From contig NC_057753.1 in NCBI RefSeq assembly GCF_004010195.1, positions 3,022,087 to 3,086,086 on the forward strand: DNA of 64,000 nucleotides, read 5' to 3'. Shown here one piece after another: positions 50,108-62,819 of this stretch; the first letter of the stretch is position 1, and the number at the start of each line of letters is the position of its first letter. The position numbers were made by a program, and so were the translations under genes. Under the pieces are notes generated by a model. The model was not told the DNA's origin, searched no databases, and worked only from the letters and a program-made list of their open reading frames with translations. This DNA is from Chiloscyllium plagiosum (Eukaryota).

Positions 50108-51033
50108 CTAACCTGGCAGTAATTGTGATCCTGTCTCAACGGAGATGTGGTCTATCTGGATGTATCATTTATTACATCATGTCCATAGCAGTGGCAGATC
50201 TTCTGGTTATGGTCATGACCGTAATATTAAACCGGATTGCTGGGATATATTTTCCATACAGCTTCCTGTCCATCACACCAGTATGCAGTGTACGCAATGC
50301 TTTAAATATGGCAGCTACGGATAGTTCTGCCTGGCTGACAGTCGTTTTCACCTTTGACCGATTTGTGGCCATTTCTTGCCAGAACCTGAAAATAAAATAT
50401 TGCACCAAGAAGGTGGCAGCGTGGGTTATAGGAATTGCATGTGCATTGACCTGCCTAAAAAATATCTTCAGGTGCTTTCAATTTGAACCGAGGTACATAA
50501 TTAAAGGCATACCCTGGTTCTGTGACATAAAATCAATATATTATACTTCACCAGCATGGACTGCATATGACTGGATTCGACCCACTTTAAACCCTTGTCT
50601 CCCATTCATTTTGATTTTCCTGCTTAATGCCCTGACCGTCAGACACATTCTCGTGGCTAACAGAGCCCGTAAGAGACTTCGGAATCAGAGAATTGAAGAG
50701 AATCAGAGTGACCCAGAGGTAGAGAAGCGCAAAAAGTCCATTATTTTACTTTTTGCCATCTCAGGCAGCTTCATCCTGTTGAATTTATTGTATTTTGTAA
50801 CAATCCTTTATGTCCGAATTGTGAATTCTACTTATTCCTCAGTTTCTGACTTCAATAATTCCACATTTGTTCTCCAACAGAGTGGATTTATGCTTCTGTT
50901 ATTGAGCTCTTGCACCAACCCATTTATTTATGCTGGGACACAACGTAAATTCAGAGACGAGTTAAAGAATGTGATTAAATATCCAAAGATCCTATTTTTT
51001 AAAACTGTGAAACTGGAAAATAGAAAACTCTAA
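50108..51033 (+). CDS. GPR139-like class A GPCR copy B, coding exon 2 (spliced protein 331 aa)
   Basis: TTACAG acceptor ending at 50107; open frame to TAA 51033; about 28 aa differences from copy A by eye; DRF and NPFIY motifs intact. Confidence 0.93.
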
Positions 51034-54000
51034 CATGAACTATTCATTCTCTCTTTCTTTCTCTTTTCCTGAGGAACACCATTTGAAATCTGAATGGACG
51101 CAGGGTACTTAAGTATATGTCAGAAGTTGTGTAAATTTCAGTCTTGTAAAATGCTCCCAGATAGAATTCAGCTCTCCCACCTGTTCTGATTCAGGTTTTG
51201 CTCATTCCCAATTCCTAATTGTCCTTCTCAAACTAGATTTTGACCTGCCCTGTGCTCATTCCTCAATTGGGAATATTTAAACGTGCAACACCATTGCAAA
51301 CATCGCTGACAGCTCACACGCTGCAACGTCTACGTTTGCAGCTTGATGAAGATTCCAAGCTGTTGTTTCACTCATCAGTCATCAGTCATTGGCTACATGC
51401 ATTATTGCCTCTACTACCCCACAGCATCTAAGGTATTGCTAATGGTCACGTTCACATTGTTTAACCAGAGTGCACACAACCTAAACCTTACAGGGAGGCA
51501 TTCTGTGAAACAGATCTAAGCTGCAGATTAAGCAGCTTTGCAGTTTCTCGTCAAGAATCATACAACAGACTCATGCAAAACCACAAGTGACAGCACCTTG
51601 CAAAACGACTTAGGACACATAACTTTACACTGCTGAGAACCACCAAAGTTTTAACTGTGGCTCCTTGTAGTCACTAATTCTGGGTGGCAGAATTTTTCTA
51701 TGTCGTTACTTGTGCAATATCTTCACAAAAGGTCACTTTCATCAGAGACAATTTTCTGCAGTAAAACGTTTAAAGATGGCACACAAATGACCCGCACAGC
51801 CAAAGCCATCAGTCGTTGCTGTGAGCTTGAACATGATACAGACAGTGCAGTGAAACAAACTGCTCATGTTCAACTTCCTTTTCCAAAACACACGAGCAAG
51901 ATTACTGTGACTCCTGTGAGTATCACAAGGCAACGCCTGATGGGCATTCCTCAGTTAACAAAAAAACTGACTCATGGCAAATCCTAAACACTTTCATGTT
52001 GTATCTCGTTTTGTTTCTGCCCCTGCCTCCCCACCTCTTCACACGCAGGTCTTAGTCAAGTATTTAGAACATAGAACATAGAACATTACAGTGCAGTACA
52101 GGCCTTCGGCCCTCGATGTTGCGCCGACCTGTGGAACCAATCTGAAGCCCATCTATCCGACTCAATTCTATTTTCACATTTCATATGGAATATGGAATAT
52201 GTTTATCTAGTGACCATTGAAATGCCCTGAAAGTTGGTGAGTCTGCTGCAGTTGCAGGCAGTGCGTACCACGCCCTTACTATTCTCTGAGAAAAGAAACT
52301 ACCTCTGATATCTGTCCTATATCTATCACCACTCAATTTAAAGTGATGTTCCCTCGTGCTAGCCATCACCATCCGAGGAAAATGGCTCTCACTGTCCACC
52401 CTATCTAACCCTTTGATTATCCTCTATGTTTCAATTGTCTCCATCAACGTTCTTCTCTCCAGTGAAAACAGCCTCAAGTCCCTCAGCCTTTGCACATAAC
52501 ACCTTCCTGCCATTAACAGGCAATATCCTGGTACATCTCCTCTGCACCTTCTCCAAAGCTTCCACATCCCTCCGATACTGTGGTGACCAGAACTGCACAT
52601 AATACTCCAAGTGTGGTGCACCGGAGTTTTGTACAGCTGCAGCGTGACCTCGTGGCTCCGAAACTCAAGCCCACTATCAATAAAATCTAACATACCCTAT
52701 GCATTCTTAACAACCTTATCAACCTGGGTGGCAACTTTCAGGGACGTTGCTCGATGAAAACCCAATGTGAAACTTTACTTTGAAAATGGGGAGCAGGGTT
52801 CCAAGATGCAAGGCATTAAGAAGTGAGCTGTTTATAGATGGAAAGTTAAAGAGACATGAAGTTATAATGCCCTTGAACTTCCATACTGATACTGGGAATG
52901 TGCACTCTGTCCATCTTCCCCAGATAACATCTCCTTCCACATTTGTACACATTATTGGGCTATGACATTGTAACATTTTCTCACTGGATTTCAATGTGAG
53001 GCAAGTAGAATTACAGTTATTTCATGCTGTGCAGCACTTCAACTCCAAGACAGTGCAACACAGGCTGTGGAACAACTTCTGTTTCAACGTGTTCAGCTGC
53101 AGGAAGGGGTGTGCACCATTTCAAGGGTCACTGAATCAGTCTGATTCCGATTTTGGTTTTAGAAATGACAGGAAAACATCCCACTGAATTTGATCATCGT
53201 CTTAACTTTAAAAAGCTGAGATGGTATATTTCATTTGGAGTGAGTAGTAAAATGAGAAAATGGCTGTGGTTGAAACCACTATTGTATTGGAAACTCCAAA
53301 TGATAGAGTTCTGGCACAGAAAGAGGTAATTCCACAAGGTGCGTTACTTTGAAAGAACAGTTGAGACATAAAACGTAAGAACATTCGAAAAGATCATGGC
53401 CAGTCTTTTTGTAGACGCAGCTCCACTTACCTGCCAACTCATCGCTATCCTTAATACCTTTACTCTTCAAAAATCTATCTATCTTTGTCTTAAAAATATT
53501 CAATGAGGTAGCTTCACCTGCCTTCTTGAGCTGGGAGTTGCTCAGATTCACAACCCTTTGGGTGAAGACGTTCCTCCTCAACTAAGTTCTAAATCTGCTC
53601 CCTCTTAATTTTGAGGCTATGACCCCTCGTTCTAGTTTTCCCACCAGTGGAAATAACCTCCCTGTTTCTATGTTATCTACTTGCTTCGTAATTTTATCTG
53701 TTTCTTATAAGAACCTCCCTCCTTCTCCTATTGTCCCAGCCTTCTCAATCGCTCTTCATAAGCCAACACTGTCAACTCTGGAATGAATCCAGTCAAACTT
53801 CTCTGCACTCGCTCTAGCGCCAGCACATCTTTTCTCAAGTAAGGAGACCAAAACTACACAGTACTCCAAGTGTGGCCTCATCAGAATCTACACAACTGCA
53901 GCATAACCTCCCTGTTTTCAAACTCGATCGCTCTGAAGTACAATATTCCCTTTGCCTTCTTAGTTACCTGCTGCACCTGCAAACCGACTGGTTTTTCTTG

Positions 54001-54342
54001 CCTTGTTGATCGAGAGTGATATTTGTAGCAATGTTAACAGCAGGAAGTTAAATCTTTCACATTATTACCGAGTATTTGCCTTGTACCACTAGCTATACAT
54101 TCGCTATATTGTGTGTTTCCAATCCATTGCAACCTTTCTTTTCATGCCATCATTCCATCTTTAATTTGTGTTATGGTTTAACAAGATGTGGCCATCACTG
54201 GCCAAAGCCAGCATTTTATTCTCCATCCCTCATTTGCCTGGAGAAAGTGGAGATAATCTGCCTTATTGGATCACTTCAGTCCTTGTGTTCAGGTTCCTGA
54301 GTGATTGCATGTGACATTTGCAGTTCTGGTGCGAAGCATCGA

Positions 54343-54576
54343 TGTTGAGAGTGTGGTGCTGGAAAAGCACAGTAGGTCAGGCAACATCCGAGGAGCAGGA
54401 AAGTGGACCTTTCAGGTGGGAGCCCGTCATCAAGAATGAGGCCTCATTCGTGATGAAGGGCTCGGGCCCGAAAGGTCGTTTCTCCTGCTCCTCGTATGCT
54501 GCCTGACCTGCTGTGCTTTTCCAGCAACACACTCTCCAACTCTGATCTCCAGCATCTGCAGTCCTCACTATCTCCT
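54343..54576. mobile_element. Palindromic Penelope-derived insertion with mutated hammerhead motifs in both arms
   Basis: Arms 54344-54441 and 54442-54540; flanking duplication GCGAAGCATCGA/GTGAAGCATCAA; empty sites at ~685 and ~28535. Confidence 0.85.
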
Positions 54577-57109
54577 GTGAAGCATCAACACCAACTCCAC
54601 TGATTCTGGTCGACCTATTGTCCCTTTTAAATTTCCAATCAGTAGGAAATGTATGTTCCTTTCAACATTTGCACAAAATGAATAAATCTTCACTGACTGA
54701 AGCCAGGAATCGCGCCCTGGTGGCTAAAACACCAAATCCTAGTCACTATGGCACCAGAGAAACTGTCTCTAAGCTTTAACACTTGACTTGCCTGCACTAA
54801 CTTTCCCATTTCCTCTTTCATTTCCACCATTTTCACCAGAGACAATTTTCTCTGACAAAATGGCATGTTTAAGTAGAACACAAGCAATTCCCTCAGTTAA
54901 TTACACCCATTGCTTTGAGCGTATCGGTAATGCCAACGCTTTTCCTCCTTTCGGACAGTTCCTAATACCTACAGTCTTTGCCCAAGCTTTTACTTAACTC
55001 ACCAGAAATGTGTGTCGATGTCAAACTGTGCGTCGGGGCAGCACCATAGGATTTTTCATGAGGCTAAATGAGCTGCATCAATTTGAATTGTTATCAGACA
55101 GAAACAGAAAGAGACAAAATCATCTCTTGCACCTTTTTATAAGGAGATTCTTCAACAGGCGTTTTCTTACTATCTACTATGCCCAATACACCAGAAATTT
55201 GGAGACTTCAGTCAGAATACAACCTTCTGTTTGCAGGGGACATTAGTTCCAACTATTCATAGTTGTCCACAGAGTGAAGCTGCCTTATCCCTGCTAATAG
55301 CCTTCTTAATCTTCTATGGAAAATCTCTCAGGCCTTTCCATTTTTCCAGATGGTTAGTGCCTAACTGGATGCAATACTTTGTTTGAAGCAAGCTACTGCT
55401 CAATATTCGTTCAAAATAAAATCTTTGCAAATGTTCTCAATGCCTCAGTTTTCAAAGTCTGCAATGCAGTATCCCTCATTCATCCTGGTCACAATGTATC
55501 ATGGTACATTCACATTTTCGTTCAAATATACATGCCAGAAGCCTCTGTTTATGCAATATCTTTGTAGTCACATGTGTTATGTCACATTGATTCATTGTGT
55601 TTTTCAAAAATATTGAAATACTTCACAGTTCTCTGAATTAAATTTCATATCCCTCTTGACATCTATTCTGAGAATCTCTTTATAATCGCTTTGGTGTTCT
55701 ACTCGATGAACGCACTCATCAACATATCAGAGTGCCTTACTGTACACAGATTTTCCTGTTGCACCAAATTCAGGTCATCTCGAAATACCAAGTAAGCAGG
55801 GTCCTATAATTTGAACCATGAGGGTCTCCACTATAACATTGCATCCAGTTGGGTAAGTGAAAAGAAACTCGGCTTGCTGAATAACACAATCCCACCAGTA
55901 ATGGGAATTCAAGTTTAAAATAATCATAGAAAATGCTGTAAATTAACAGAATCTTGGGCAGCACATGAGCAGCTAGAATAGGTTTTACATTTCATCTTGT
56001 GACATTCAGCCATACCTCTTACTTATCTTAGTTTTACGTTTTCTCTGAAACCGTTTAATACGAAGGCTCACGCAGAAAAATAGAAGTGATTCAGTAGCCC
56101 AAAAACAAATACGCTTCATTCACCACAGGAGAAAAAGAAATCTAATCTCAAAAGTAACCCATTCGGCTGTTCATTATTTTACATTATTGCACCATCATGA
56201 TTACCTTTTGGAAATATAGCAGCACTGACCAAGTTTGTAACAATTTTAATTTTATTAACAATCACTAGGGGGAGTCATTTCTACCCAGAAAGTACACAAT
56301 GAGAAAGAAATGAAACGCAGAAGAGAGGGGGTAAAAACAGATTTGGTGTTAGATGCATGTTAAAGAGGGTGAAAGAAACAGACAAATTACCATAGAGAAC
56401 CATGCTGACACAACAAGGAAGCAGAAACTATGTGTGACTGTGGAACCTGTGCATCTCGTCGCTTTGTTTGGTGCATATTTAAACAATGGAAAGGTTTACA
56501 CAGGTATGACATGTTGCACAGTTCAATTCTCATTTGTCCAGTTCTCCATAAAAATAGGCAGCAAAATGTAATAGGCTGTGAATGAGAGGACAGTAACATT
56601 TTTTTAATCCCACAAGTGTTTCCAAATGTATTTGAGAATGACTTCCTGAAGTTTCACAGTAGCCACAAAATATATTTGAATTATTCCAGTAATTGCCTAC
56701 CAGAAGAGGCACTCACTTCTTGGCTCATATCTTACGCATAAAGATACTAACAACTCCGTTAACCAGCCATGTCGTAGCTCTCAGTCTCTTGCTTCCTTCT
56801 CCAGTGAAACATTGCAACTCGTAATTTAATGGCATTTGGTATCACTGTAGATTGTCCTTTATAGGGGAAAAACAAAGCTTTCACATTCGCAGCTGCCTGA
56901 ACTACGAGGTGCAAAGTGAGATGATGAGAAATCGGAGAGAGTGAAAAGGGGACCTCATCAGAAGAAAATATCAAAAATGGAACTGACAAAACTAATGGGA
57001 GGCCACGCAAAGACATTGGCACAAACATGAAACATCTATTCACAAGCATTCAACAACACGCAGACACTCAAAAGTAAATGTGTACCTTTATGATTTTGAT
57101 ATTTTTCCT

Positions 57110-57952
57110 TGGATAGTGATGGCGAACATGAGTGGACATGGCTTTAAACTGAGGAGTATTAGATAGTAGTAAGGGTGTGGAATGCACTGCCTGCAACAGT
57201 AGGACACTCGCCAACGTTAAGGGCATTTAAATGATCATTGGATAAACATATGGATTAGAATGGAATAATGTAGGATAGATAGGCTTCAGATTGGTCCTAC
57301 AGGTCAGCACAACATCGAGGGCCAAAGGGCCTGGACTGCACTGTAAAGTTCTATGTAGATGATAATGAATATTACTTATCAGAATTTGCAGTTGCTGTGG
57401 TGCTGTAAATTAAATATAATGTACACATTTTGATATAACACTTTTGTATTTAGTGGCACTATTATAAACGTTGCAACTAACATCCAGAAAGTAACAAATA
57501 TTTCCATGTTTGTTTGACATTGTAATGACTCTGGCTTATGTCACAATGGGTTAAATGTTCTAAATATCAAGCCGACAAATTAAGAGTTAAATATTTCTGA
57601 ATTAGAGTCATAGAGTCATAGAGATGTACAGCACGGAAACAGACCCTTCGGTCCAACCCGTCCATGCCGACCAGATATCCCAACCCAATCTAGTCCCACC
57701 TGCCAGCACTCGGCCCATATCCCTCCAAACCCTTCCTATTCATATATCCATCCAAATGCCTCTTAAATGAACCGAGCATTATGGGCAATTTAGCATGGCC
57801 AATTCACCCTAACCTGCACATCTTTAGACCGTGGGAGGAAACCAGAGCACCCAGAGGAAACCCACGCGGACACGGAGAGAATGTGCAAACTCCACACAGA
57901 CAGTCGCCCGAGGCTGCAATCAAACCAGGGACCCTGGTTCTGTGAGGCAGCA
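57110..57952. mobile_element. CR1 3' ends (+ 57110-57358, - 57604-57770) and minus-strand HE1 SINE fragment (57775-57952)
   Basis: Family tails and V-domain match other copies in the window. Confidence 0.8.
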
Positions 57953-58169
57953 ATGTCACCATTCAGTATTAATAGCAGGCTGCCAAATTCAAGTGTAAAA
58001 TTTGCATCTCATATGTTCTTCCCTTCTTCACTTCTGATGGAGCAATACTGGACTCAAAATGCTAACTCTGCTCTCCTGCCACAAACACTGCCAGACCCAT
58101 TAATTTCCTCCTGCAATTTCTCTTTTTCTTTTCCCCTTTGTTGTGTCAACCTTTCCTAATTCCAATTCA

Positions 58170-58460
58170 TAGTCTCTCATGGAAAGAAACCATTTGGCCC
58201 AACAGATCTGCACTGAACCTCTGAAGAGCATCCCACCGTGTCCTCTAAACCCCACATTTACCAAGGCCTACCCACCTCGACTGCAAATCCCTGGACGCTA
58301 TGGTGAAATTTAGTATGGTCAATCCATCTAAACTGTACATTTTTGGACTGTAGGAGGAAACTAATGCAGGCACAGGGAAAATGTGCAAAGTGACCCAAGG
58401 CTGAAATTGACCACAGGACCCTGGCGCTGTGAAGTAGCAGTGCTAACTACACTGCCACCT
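58170..58460 (-). mobile_element. Old V-SINE, complete here but truncated in paralogs (7155-7401, 34545-34771)
   Basis: Runs through to the tRNA head (GACCCTGGCGCTGTGAAGTAGCAGTGCTAAC). Confidence 0.75.
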
Positions 58461-58569
58461 ATTCATAGGAGCTAACTTTATTTGTCACTGTTTATCATAT
58501 CTGTTCACTTCATGTTTCATTTCTCCCAGACAATTGGTATTTCTTTTGATACTCACCTCAAGATTTGGA

Positions 58570-59750
58570 TTGATCTTTTTTGTGGTCACGTGTGTCAAAG
58601 TACATTGAAAAGCTTTGTTTTGTGAGTAATACAGGCAGACCACAGCAAACAAGGACACACAGATCAGAGGTGCTTAGACAGAGAGAGGAATACAAGGTTA
58701 CGATCGCGCAGGTGTACAAAGCAAGATCACCATTTGCAAGATCAACATTATTTGAAGTTAGAGAGGTCCATTCAGCAGTCTAATAACAGTGGGGAAGAAG
58801 CTGTTCCTGAACCTGTTAGTGTGTGTGTTCCAGCTTCTGTATCTTCTGCCCCTGACGGGAGAGTTTGGAAGACAGCATTACTGGGGTGGGAGGGGTCTCT
58901 GATGATGTTAGCAGCTTTTCCGTGCAAGAAGAAGTACAAATGGAGTTCTTGGATGGGAGGTTGGCTTCGGTGAGGGTCTGGGATATGCACATAACTTTCT
59001 TCCAGTCCTGGGCAGAGCAGCTGCCATACCAGGCCATTATGCACTAGATGGTGCATCCGTAAAGGTTGGTGAAGGTTCTTTTGCACATGCCTAATTTCCT
59101 CAGCCACCTGAGGCAGGAGTCGCACTACTGCATCTTCTTGATCATTGTAATTGCATGGGAGATCCAGGACAGATCATCGGTTATGGTCACTCCTAGGAAC
59201 GTAACACTCCCAACCCTCTCCACCTCAGCTTCCTTGACATGGGTAGGGTGATGTTCTCCTCCTTTCTTCCTGAAGTCAATAATCAGCTATTTTGTTTCAC
59301 TGACATTGAGAGAGAGGTGGTTGTCATTGCACCATGACACGAAACCCTCCATCTCCTTCCTGGACTCTGACTCATCAATGTTTGATAGCCATCCAACCAC
59401 AGTGTTGCTATCAGCAAACTTGTGGATGGTGTTCATGTGCAATTTGGCAATACAGTCATGGGTGTAACAAGGGGTACTGTAGCAGGCTGAGAAAGCATCC
59501 TTGCGAGGTGTTAGTACTGAGTATTATTGTGGAGGAGGCACTGTTGTCTATCTTCATGGATGCCTGTGGATCGGAAACTGAGGATTCAGTGGCAGAGAAG
59601 GGAGCCATGACCTTGGTTTCATAGTTTTGAGATGAGTCTGGAAGGGATTATGGTGTTGAGGGAAGAGCTATAGTCGATGAGTGAGTTCCTGATGTCAATG
59701 TCCTTGCTGTCTAGATGTTCCAGGATGAGTGTAGGGCAAGGGAATGGCCC
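58570..59750 (-). mobile_element. Rex1/Babar-type LINE 3' half
   Basis: Minus strand: EHLDSKD..IDYSSSLNTIIPSRLISKL, AWYGSCSAQD, KAANIIRDPSHPSNAVFQTLPSG. Confidence 0.8.
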
Positions 59751-61258
59751 TCCCAATTTCTTTGCTCAAAACCAGCAATCATTTTAATGCTCTCCTGCTG
59801 ACCTCTGTCTTGGTGTGTATTGGTTCAAGCAAATAGGTCTGACCTTTGGATTTTCCACATGTATGTGAGTTCAATGTGTTTTCATCCTGACTACGAGGTT
59901 TAGCTTCATTCAGTCGCCTATTTAGAGCCGCAAAGCAGACAGAATCCAAAGCTCAGCATTTGCTGTCCTCATAGTCATTCCATTATGGACTGCCCACAGA
60001 ACTTCAATGTTGTTTGACCTGGTCTTCCATTTACTTCTGTGTACCATTTCCTGTGACCTGAGTTCACATCATGGTATTCTGGGTTCATACTGCACAATGT
60101 GTTAAAATCCTAATATATTGTCATTGTCAGGCTGTGATTGCTGGCTACTTCACTGAAATCTCTGGCATTCACTCAATAGAATAACTGTGTCACACAGTGT
60201 CACTTAAATCTGTAACACTACTGGAGGTTGTACAGGATGTCCAGAACAGTATTGTCCACCAAATAGACGATTGACTGAAGACCCGAGGCTTGTGCCAGAT
60301 GAAAATACATGGACCTTGCATACAAATGAGAAATTGAAATGATAGACAGCCTATTTCAGACCACATAGAGAAATACATAGAGTTAGAAATATTAAGAATG
60401 GGTCTGCATACTTGATAAAATAGTGTTTAATCTGAATACGTCCAGTTGATTTGGGAAGTATTTATTTTCCATCAACACTGCCATTTCTATGGTATCAAGT
60501 CAAATGTCTCTATTTTGTTTCAATGCCTGCATTATATGAGCGAACCTTTGAATCTGTGAGCACGAAACATTGCTACTGTGCTGGAAAGCGGTCAGAGACA
60601 AAGAAACAATAAGGCAAAACATCCAGAAATTTCGTTCTGTTGTGAGAGTGGTTTGAAATCTGCTATGATTTTTGTTTAGTGTATTGCAGCTTTGATTTGA
60701 TTCTCTTTCAGTTCATCATAGAATCATTATCATACAGTCCTACAGCACGGAGGCAAGTCCTTCAGCACAAACAATGCTTGCCAACCAAAATTACATCCAC
60801 ACTAACCCAATTTCCCTGCACTTGGTTGAAAACTTCCTTTATTTAATTTTGCATGAAATACTTATTGCTGCATTTAATTTAAAATAGAAGCATTAGTCCT
60901 TTCAATAACTTGGACATCTTAATTCATTCTAATCATGGTTCTTTCCCTTTCAGTTTGTGTTATGTTTCATTCTCCAGATGTCTGTGGGCTGTGTCTGCTG
61001 CATGTAATGGGGGTATCAGTTGCTATCATTTCAACTAGCAAAGCTCTGACATTTGATCTCAGCTACAGCGGATATCCTTGCTCCCCAGAAGCTTGCTCTG
61101 CAATTAAATTAAATCAAAGTGATTTGCCGAGGTGTGGTAGATGTACTCGGCATATTTTGTTGGCTGCAAGTAAATTCTGTGCAACATGATTTCATTCCCT
61201 TTCATTGAATCTAGTGGTGATTGTGATACTGTCCACAGGAAGGTGCAACCTCTCCAGA

Positions 61259-61516
61259 AGATATAAAACAGACCTAAGAGGAAACTTATTCACGCAGAGT
61301 GTGTGTCTGTATGGAATGAGCTGCCAGAGGATGTGGTGGATGTTAGTACAATTGCAACATTGAAAAGGCATCTGGATGGGTATATGAATAGGAAAGGTTT
61401 GGAGGGATATGGGCTGGGTGGTGGCAGGTGGGACTAGATTGGGTTGGGATACCTGGTTGGCATGGACGGGTTGGACCAAAGGGTCTGTTTCCATGCTGTA
61501 CATCTCTATGACTCTA
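61259..61516 (+). mobile_element. CR1/HER1 3' end inserted in the GPCR pseudogene
   Basis: WNELP region plus tail CTCTATGACTCT. Confidence 0.88.
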
Positions 61517-61866
61517 TGCATCGTGCTGTTTATGGCAGTACAGACCTCCTGGTCATTATCGCTGCAGTGATATCAAATTGAATTGCATTCTTTATTTTCC
61601 AGATTGTTTCTTAATCATTACGCGGGATTCAGTTTCAGCATTGCATGATTTTATGCACACTGACTCCGTTCTATATGATTAACTATGATTTTCACATTTG
61701 ACGGACGTAAAACATTTTGTTGCCTGAAACCAAAACCAAAATATTACACTGAGAAAACAGCTGCTGCTGTTATAGGAATGGTGCAAATGTGTTAGCTTTT
61801 TCACTTAATATTCCCCGGTATTTTATGCATAAGTGAATTTGCAGAATTGATAGCACAACATGGTTT

Positions 61867-62138
61867 TAGATTAAATTCCCTACAGTGTGGAAACAGGCCC
61901 TTCGGCCCAACCAGTCCACACCGACCCTCCGAAGAGTAACCCAACGGGACCCATTTCCCTCTGACAATGCACCTAACACTATGGGCAATTTTGCATGGCT
62001 AATTTACCTGACCTGCACATGTGGGAGGAAACCAGAACATGCGGAGTAAACCCACACAGACACAGGGAGAATGTGCAAATTCCACACAGACAGTCGCCCG
62101 AGGCTGGAATCGAACCTGGGACCCTGGTGCTGAACCAC
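61867..62138 (-). mobile_element. HE1-type V-SINE inserted in the GPCR pseudogene
   Basis: V-domain on minus; splits the WF|C codons. Confidence 0.9.
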
Positions 62139-62263
62139 TGTGGACAGAAGAATACACATTATACTTTCCCTTTATGGAGCTCTTTGATTGGTTTGACCAT
62201 ATTATAACTCCTCAGCTCCCACTCTTTCTGACTGTTCTGTTTAATGCTGTGACTGTTAGACAT

Positions 62264-62513
62264 AAGTATGTAAGTTACCTCACTGAGCTGGAAGGTTCGT
62301 TTTCAGATGTTTCATCACCACTACTAGGTAGCATCATCAAAGGGAGTCTCCGGTGAAGTGTTGGGACATACCACCAGAGCTTCACCGGAGACTCTCACTG
62401 ATGATGTTACCTAGTCATGGTGACGAAACATCTGTAAGCTAACCTTCCAGCTCAGTGAGCAAACTTACATACTTACCATCAACCTGGGCTACAAATCTTC
62501 TCAAAAACCACCA
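62264..62513. mobile_element. Inverted-repeat Penelope-derived insertion with hammerhead motif
   Basis: Arms 62263-62358 and 62380-62475; flanking duplication ACTGTTAGACAT (62252-63) / ACTGTTGGACAC (62514-25); CTGATGA 62398-404, stem GTTACC/GGTGAC, GAAAC 62425-29. Confidence 0.85.
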
Positions 62514-62819
62514 ACTGTTGGACACATTCTGCCGGCCAGTAGAAACCGTAAGGGGGCTCTGCGCTCAAGTGGGGAAAACAAAGGTCGTCAAAGAGGCAGA
62601 GAGCCAGAGAAAGTCTGTCATTTTACCACAGGTATTTGCAGTATCTGGTATTTTCGCCATGACCAGAGTGCACTTCCTATTTCTCATAGGGTAGGGAAGC
62701 TTTTGCAACACTCCATGCACACCGCAGAAACTGGGAAACTGGTGCAAAAACACAACTTGCGACCCAACAACGCCCCCTGTCCATGACTGGGCTCTGACAT
62801 TGACCAAGGGAGGGCTTGC

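Larger units (their letters stand above)
34772..58405. repeat. Tandem segmental-duplication unit 2 (~23.6 kb)
   Basis: Collinear with unit 1; homology ends inside a SINE at ~58405. Confidence 0.85.
61206..62700 (+). pseudogene. Old GPR139-like pseudogene (exon 2 remnant) split by three insertions
   Basis: Collinear fragments: NLVVIVILSTGRCNLSR (61208), DLLVIIAAVI (~61543), IFTFDG..CCLKPKPKYYTEKTAAAVIGMV (~61690), TWF|CGQK, FDWFDHIITPQLPLFLTVLFNAVTVRH (~62183-62263), HILPASRNRK, RKSVIL..FAVSGIF (~62610). Stops and frameshifts are present; the acceptor reads CAT instead of CAG. Confidence 0.85.

Noticed and set aside
7402..58405. Duplication as a haplotype or assembly artefact
   Set aside because: The units differ by many substitutions and by several independent, already decayed insertions, far beyond allelic divergence.
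59880..60035. Faint resemblance to a DIRS-element domain (FSFI...VLIVIPLW)
   Set aside because: Too short and degenerate to support without a search.
60395..60505. Possible exon 1 of the GPCR pseudogene (IYFP...GI)
   Set aside because: Only a few residues match, upstream stops are present and there is no convincing donor.
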